From: Inquilinaceae bacterium
Lineage (GTDB): Bacteria; Pseudomonadota; Alphaproteobacteria; DSM-16000; Inquilinaceae
DNA length: 64,000 bases
Direction: 5' to 3'
Assembly (NCBI GenBank): GCA_965250245.1
Contig: OZ252296.1
Coordinates: 26,994-90,993, forward strand
The notes under the pieces are model-generated. The model was given only the letters and a program-made list of their open reading frames with translations, ran no database searches and was not told where the DNA came from. Of this stretch, positions 58,010 to 64,000 are shown piece after piece (position 1 is the stretch's first letter; the number at the start of each line of letters is the position of its first letter). Both the position numbers and the translations under genes were made by a program.

Positions 58010-59446
58010 CTAGGTCCGGTAGCGCACCGACGTCATGAGGCCCAGCGCCATGTGATAGAGGTGCTGGCTGTGGAACACCCATTGGCCGGGATTGTCGGCG
58101 TCAAAGGCGATGCGGACCGATTTGTGCGGTGGCACCATCACCGTGTCGCGCAGCGCCCCGCTGAACCGGTCGCCGCGGATCGAGACGACCTGGAACTTGT
58201 GGCCGTGCAGGTGCATCGGGTGCGGCATGGTCGTCAGATTGTTGATGACGATCTCGACCCGCTCGCCCTCCTCGACCCAGAACGGCTGCAGCGGGTCGTA
58301 AGCGCGCATGTTGACCGACCAGTCATTGCCCTCGTGGCTGCCGGTCAGGTTGTAGGTGTTGGTGCGGTCGGCCGGGCGTTCGGGCAGCGGATTGGCGGCG
58401 CGCAGCGGCCTTTCGACCGGAAGTCCCGGAGTCGGCCGCTCTGCGGTCTCGCTGATCCGGCTCACCGCCGCGCCGTGGGACGCCAGCACGATGCCGGTGC
58501 GGGAGATGTCGTTCTCACGCTGCGCCAGGATTGGGAAGGCGCCGCCCTCCGACGGCAGCGTGAGCCGGATATCCAGCCGCTGGGCGGTGGCGATCGGAAA
58601 GCGCAGCGCGCGCAGCGGCACGATCGGGCTGCCGTCGACGGCGATCAGCGAGCCCTGGATGCGGCCGAGATCGATCAGGAAGTTGGTCGCCGAGGATGCG
58701 TTGATGATGCGCAGGCGGATCTGCTGGCCGCGGTCGATGCGATAGACCTGCGGGTCCCACAGGGTCCGGTCATTGGCCAGGTAGGCGTCGAAGCGGACGT
58801 CGTGGAAGTGGAACATCGAGCCGCGTTCGCCGGTGGAGATCGCGGTCTGACCGGCGGTCTCGCCATCCTCGTGGTTGACCGCCATGGGCCGGAAGGCGCC
58901 GCGCTTCAGGTCGTGCAGAATCTCTTCCGGCTCCCGGAAGGTGAAGTCGGACAGCACCAGCACGATGTCCTGCTCGTCAATGCCGCGATCGGCCGGGTCG
59001 CGCACGATCAGCGGCGCGGAGGTCAGCTTCTGGCGCTGCAGGTCGAACAGCGACGACATCCAATGGGTGCCGCTCTGGCGCAGCGCGAAATCGTATTCAT
59101 AACTCTCGCCGGGCGGCAGGGCGGGGCGCGACAGCTCCGGAACGCCGGCCTGGTTGGCCGGCGGCGTCAGCCCGTGCCAGCAGACCAGGGTGTCGGTGGA
59201 TAGCTGGTTGTTCAGCCGGACCCGGAATCGGTCGCCCAGTTCCATGGCCAGTCCGTTCTGGCCGTTGGGCTGGCGAATGCAATGGACCGTCGCCGGCCGG
59301 CCGTGGACCTCGATCACCCGGCTTTGGACCGTCAGTTGCGTCTGGTGGTGAAGGGCCAGCGCATCGCGCGGCATGCCGGCCAGTGCGCCGCAGCCGGCGC
59401 TCGCGGCCGCCAGCTTCAGACACTGGCGGCGGGATAATGTCGTCAT
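58010..59446 (-). CDS. Tat-exported multicopper-oxidase-like protein with degenerate copper sites
   Basis: 479 aa from ATG 59446. Twin-arginine signal MTTLSRRQCLKLAAASAGCGALA. Three-cupredoxin length. HPMHLHGH is kept, but CWHG, THWMSS and HSQHLYHMALGLM replace the canonical ligand motifs. Confidence 0.8.
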   Translation of the reverse strand: MTTLSRRQCLKLAAASAGCGALAGMPRDALALHHQTQLTVQSRVIEVHGRPATVHCIRQPNGQNGLAMELGDRFRVRLNNQLSTDTLVCWHGLTPPANQAGVPELSRPALPPGESYEYDFALRQSGTHWMSSLFDLQRQKLTSAPLIVRDPADRGIDEQDIVLVLSDFTFREPEEILHDLKRGAFRPMAVNHEDGETAGQTAISTGERGSMFHFHDVRFDAYLANDRTLWDPQVYRIDRGQQIRLRIINASSATNFLIDLGRIQGSLIAVDGSPIVPLRALRFPIATAQRLDIRLTLPSEGGAFPILAQRENDISRTGIVLASHGAAVSRISETAERPTPGLPVERPLRAANPLPERPADRTNTYNLTGSHEGNDWSVNMRAYDPLQPFWVEEGERVEIVINNLTTMPHPMHLHGHKFQVVSIRGDRFSGALRDTVMVPPHKSVRIAFDADNPGQWVFHSQHLYHMALGLMTSVRYRT

Positions 59447-59638
59447 CCGCCGCTCTCCCCCAAGACCAGGCGCAGGACATAAAATTGCATTCGGATACTG
59501 GGACAGAGACATTAATGAACTCTGTATAAATAGTATTTCTCATTCCTTACTCGCGTCTGCGCAATGATCCGACAATCGTAGGCAGCGCCGCCCGCCTTCC
59601 GTAGTCTGAGCGCGGCAAACCGGCTAGGGGAGGGACCA

Positions 59639-60418
59639 GTGAGGCTGAAGGACAAGGTGGCCATCGTGACCGGTGGCAGCCGCGGCATCGGGCGGGCGAT
59701 CTGCGAGCGGCTGGCGGCCGAGGGTGCCGTGGCCGTCGTCGCCGACATCGACGGCGCGGAGGCGGAGCGCACCGCCTCCGAGATCAGCGCCGGTGGCGGC
59801 AAGGCCCTCGGCGTCGCCCTGGACGTGACCAAGCAGGCCGACATCGAGGCCCTGGTCGAAACCGTCGTGGCGCGGGCCGGCCGCATCGACGTGCTGGTCA
59901 ACAATGCCGGCGTGTTCGACCTGTCCCCGCTGCTGGAGCAGACCCGGGAGAGCTGGGACCGCATCCACGACGTCAATGTGAAAGGCCTGTTCTTCGTGAT
60001 GCAGGCCGCTGCCCGCCAGATGGTGGCGCAGGGCGAGGGAGGGCGGATCATCAACCTGGCCTCCCAGGCCGGCCGGCGCGGCGAGGCGCTGGTGGCGAAT
60101 TACTGCGCGTCCAAGGCCGCCGTCATCAGCATCACCCAATCGGCCGCCCTGGCGCTGACCGAGCACGCCATCACCGTCAACGCCATTGCCCCGGGCATCA
60201 TCGAGACGCCGATGTGGGCGGTGGTCGACGGGCTGTTCGCGAAGTATCAGGGGCTGCCGCCGGGCGAGCCCAAGCGCCGCGCCGTCGACGCCATTCCCGC
60301 CGGCCGCATCGGGGAGCCGGAGGACGTGGCGGCGGCGATCGCCTTCCTGGCCTCGGACGATGCCGCCTATATCACCGCGCAGACCCTGAACGTCGACGGC
60401 GGCAATGTCATGAGCTGA
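59639..60418 (+). CDS. SDR-family oxidoreductase (polyol/sorbitol dehydrogenase-like)
   Basis: 259 aa from a GTG start with GGGGAGGG upstream. Motifs TGGSRGIG, NNAG and YCASKAA. Confidence 0.9.
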   Translation: MRLKDKVAIVTGGSRGIGRAICERLAAEGAVAVVADIDGAEAERTASEISAGGGKALGVALDVTKQADIEALVETVVARAGRIDVLVNNAGVFDLSPLLEQTRESWDRIHDVNVKGLFFVMQAAARQMVAQGEGGRIINLASQAGRRGEALVANYCASKAAVISITQSAALALTEHAITVNAIAPGIIETPMWAVVDGLFAKYQGLPPGEPKRRAVDAIPAGRIGEPEDVAAAIAFLASDDAAYITAQTLNVDGGNVMS

Positions 60419-60523
60419 GCCGGCCGGCGGATCACCCGGCATCACGTTGCGGTGTGACCGGCTATCGCCGACCTGCGGAGCGGACTATGTGCTGATCAGT
60501 GCTCCGCCGCCCGCGAGGTTCCG

Positions 60524-61912
60524 ATGCTCCGTTCGCCGATCCGCCTGGTCCTGGCTGTCATCGTCTCCGCCGCAATCCTGGCATCGCCCGCCCGGGCGCA
60601 GCAGCCGGAGATGGACGACGCGCTGATCCTGGAGATGAGCACGCTGCTGGTGTTCGGCGGCCCGGAGGAGAACCAGCTCGCCCTGCAGGCGCTGTCCACC
60701 CGCGGCGAGACCGACATCGTGCCGACCCTGATCCTGGCGATGCGCTATTCCCGGCTCGGCCAAGGCGCTTTTTCCCAGGCGCTGGCGGAGCTCACCGGTG
60801 AGGATGCCGGGATCGGCTGGAACCCCTGGATGACCTGGATGGAGACCCATCCGGAGATCGTCCCCAATGCCAGCTACCTGGAGTTCAAGCGCCGGCTCTA
60901 CTCCGTGATCGACCCCCGCTTCGGCGATTTCATCTACCCGAACCTGCAGCATGAGATCCGGCTGGAGGAGATCGTCTGGGGCGGTGTTCAGGTCGATGGC
61001 ATCCCGGCCCTGACCAACCCGCAATTCGTCGCCGGGCCCGAAGCCGCCTATCTGGAGCCGGACGAGCAGGTCTTCGGCGTCGAGATCAACGGCGACGCCC
61101 GCGCCTATCCGCTGCGCATGATGGATTGGCACGAGATGTTCAACGACGTGATCGGCGGGGTGCCGGTCTCGCTCGCCTATTGCACCCTGTGCGGCGCCGG
61201 CATCCTGTTCGACACAACGGTAGAGGGCTATGACGAGCCCTTCGTGTTCGGCTCTTCGGGCTTCCTCTACCGGTCCAACAAGCTGATGTACGACCAGCAG
61301 ACCAAGAGCCTTTGGAACCAGTTCACCGGCCGCCCGGTGACGGGGCGCCTGACCGGGTCCGGCATCGAGCTCGGCATTCGCCCGGTGGCGATCACAAGCT
61401 GGGAGCGCTGGCTGGAGCGGCACCCGGACACGCTGGTGCTGTCGCTGGACACCGGCTTCACCCGCGACTATCGCCCCGGCCGGCCCTATGGCGAGTATTT
61501 CGCCAGCCCCGAACTGATGTTCCCGGCCGCGCTGCGGGACGAGGCGCTGCTGCAGAAGGACCAGGTGTTCGGCGTGCGCCTGCCCGGCGGTGCGAAGGCC
61601 TGGCCTCTGGAGGCCTTCGCCGGCGGTGCCGTGATCAACGACCGCGCCGGGCTGACCGAGCTGGTGCTGGTCGGCGACCAGGAGACCCGTACGGTGCGCG
61701 CCTATCGCCGCGAGGGCCTGGAATTCATGGAAGGTCAGGCAGCGGACCGGCTGGTCAGCAAGGACGGCGTCGAGTGGACGGTCACGGAAGATGCGCTGAC
61801 CGCGCCGGACGGTCGCTCATTGGAGCGGCTGCCGGGCCACGTCGCCTATTGGTTCGCCTGGGCCGGGTATCTGCGCGATGCCGAACTCTACGACCCGGCG
61901 GAAGCGGGATAG
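60524..61912 (+). CDS. DUF3179-like secreted protein
   Basis: 462 aa with a signal peptide. Core: DGIPALTNPQF...GDARAYPLRMMDWHEMFNDVIGG.PV.LAYCTLCG...YRSNKLMYD. The family name is from memory. Confidence 0.75.
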   Translation: MLRSPIRLVLAVIVSAAILASPARAQQPEMDDALILEMSTLLVFGGPEENQLALQALSTRGETDIVPTLILAMRYSRLGQGAFSQALAELTGEDAGIGWNPWMTWMETHPEIVPNASYLEFKRRLYSVIDPRFGDFIYPNLQHEIRLEEIVWGGVQVDGIPALTNPQFVAGPEAAYLEPDEQVFGVEINGDARAYPLRMMDWHEMFNDVIGGVPVSLAYCTLCGAGILFDTTVEGYDEPFVFGSSGFLYRSNKLMYDQQTKSLWNQFTGRPVTGRLTGSGIELGIRPVAITSWERWLERHPDTLVLSLDTGFTRDYRPGRPYGEYFASPELMFPAALRDEALLQKDQVFGVRLPGGAKAWPLEAFAGGAVINDRAGLTELVLVGDQETRTVRAYRREGLEFMEGQAADRLVSKDGVEWTVTEDALTAPDGRSLERLPGHVAYWFAWAGYLRDAELYDPAEAG

Positions 61913-61990
61913 GAGATGACCGCGCCCCTCATCAGGCTCGCACAGGGAGGACATTGAGCCTGACAAGGGGCGGGTCACTCGCGCGATTCC

Positions 61991-62764
61991 CTACCAGCAG
62001 CAATACCCGCCGTCGGCCAGCACGATGCTGCCGGTCATCAGGCTGGCGGCGTCGGATGCCAGGAACAGCACGACCGAGGCGATCTCCTCGGGCTGTCCGA
62101 CCCGGCGCATCGGCGTGCTCTCCAGCCAGACCGGGTACATGTCCGGGTCGTCCATGCCGAACTTGGTCAGCGGCGTCTCGATATAGGTCGGCGCCACCGC
62201 GTTGACCCGAACGCCGCGCTCGCCCCATTCCGCGGCCAGGGAGCGGGTGAGGTGATGCACGGCCGCCTTGGACGCGTTGTAGAAGCTCTGCTCCTGCGGC
62301 TTGTTGACGATGAAGCCGGACATCGAGCCGATATTGACCACCGCGCCCTTGCCGGCGGTCAGCATGTGGCCGCCGAAGGCGCGGCAGCACCAGAAGACGC
62401 CGTTCAGGTTCACGTCGATGACGTTGCGCCAATGCTCGTCGGCGACCTGCTCCGCCGGAACGCCGCTGCGGGCGATGCCGGCGTTGTTGACCAGGATATC
62501 GACCGTGCCGTGCCGGGCGACGATCTCCGCGGCCACCGATGTGACCTGCTCCGGGTCGGTGACGTCCAGCGGGATCGTGTCGGCCTCCAGCCCGAGCTTG
62601 GCGAGCGCCGCCTGACCTTCCGACGCGACCGCCGGATCGATATCGGCGATCACCACCTTGGCGCCGGCCTCGGCAAGCGCCTGGCTGCAGGCCAGGCCGA
62701 TGGCCCGTCCGCCGCCGGTCACCACGGCGACGCGGCCGCTCAGATCGTATTTCTCCAGATACAT
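61991..62764 (-). CDS. SDR-family oxidoreductase
   Basis: 257 aa with TGGGRAIG, NNAG and YNASKAA. It ends in ...GGYCCW. Confidence 0.9.
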   Translation of the reverse strand: MYLEKYDLSGRVAVVTGGGRAIGLACSQALAEAGAKVVIADIDPAVASEGQAALAKLGLEADTIPLDVTDPEQVTSVAAEIVARHGTVDILVNNAGIARSGVPAEQVADEHWRNVIDVNLNGVFWCCRAFGGHMLTAGKGAVVNIGSMSGFIVNKPQEQSFYNASKAAVHHLTRSLAAEWGERGVRVNAVAPTYIETPLTKFGMDDPDMYPVWLESTPMRRVGQPEEIASVVLFLASDAASLMTGSIVLADGGYCCW

Positions 62765-62826
62765 TGCGCGTCTCCCTGCGCCGCCAGTCGATCAGCCCGA
62801 GCCTGCCTTATCCCGGGTTCGTCGTG

Positions 62827-63831
<1,005 letters not shown>

Positions 63832-63843
63832 GGTCGTGTCCCC

Positions 63844-64000
63844 CTATTTCACCGCGCCGAAGGTCAGGCCGCGCACGAGTTGTTTCTGGCTGAACCAGCC
63901 GACGATCAGGATCGGCGCGATGGCCATCGTCGAGGCCGCCGAGAGCTTGGCGTAGAACAGTCCCTCGGGGCTGGAGAAGCTGGCGATGAAGGCGGTGAGC
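63844..64000 (-). CDS. Carbohydrate ABC transporter permease, C-terminal fragment (cut by window edge)
   Basis: The minus-strand frame ends ...STMAIAPILIVGWFSQKQLVRGLTFGAVK*, with the stop at 63844-63846. This is typical of a MalG/UgpE-type C-terminus. Confidence 0.8.
   Translation of the reverse strand, partial: LTAFIASFSSPEGLFYAKLSAASTMAIAPILIVGWFSQKQLVRGLTFGAVK

Overview
High-GC (~65-75% in coding sequence) chromosomal segment, most likely from an alphaproteobacterium; this is inferred from the protein families and from the palindromic intergenic repeats. It is densely packed with about 60 protein-coding genes. I found no rRNA, tRNA, CRISPR array, integrase or transposase. The housekeeping backbone includes groEL (3' part), hisS, glgC-glgA, a DinG-family helicase, lysS, pyrD, kynU, scpA (methylmalonyl-CoA mutase), meaB, an ATM1-type ABC exporter, two class-IV aminotransferases and two SDRs. 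Several blocks of uncharacterised envelope genes are interleaved with this backbone. The two most interesting are: (i) 48.3-53.1 kb, where lemA is followed by four tandem, progressively diverged paralogs of a two-TM membrane protein that I recall as DUF3137-like (unverified); and (ii) 41.2-45.8 kb, which holds three paralogous secreted two-module proteins with conserved Cys pairs, one carrying a duplicated N-module and one a 3 x 19-aa NPFAP repeat linker, interrupted by an AhpD/CMD-like CxxC gene. Both blocks lie inside a ~16.7-kb stretch separating scpA from meaB. Other notable items:
- a Tat-signal multicopper-oxidase-like protein that has lost most copper ligands;
- a partly degenerate EAL protein;
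- a MerR/short-CDF divergent pair with a 19-bp-spacer operator;
- an S24 (LexA-like) regulator with GGAAC-type palindromes next to a 36% GC island full of short repeats;
- a lower-GC ABC module and a lower-GC orphan repeat protein;
- three families of REP/MITE-like palindromic elements.
Coordinates of non-coding features were indexed by hand (about +/-2 nt). All family assignments come from motif recognition in the translations, not from database searches.
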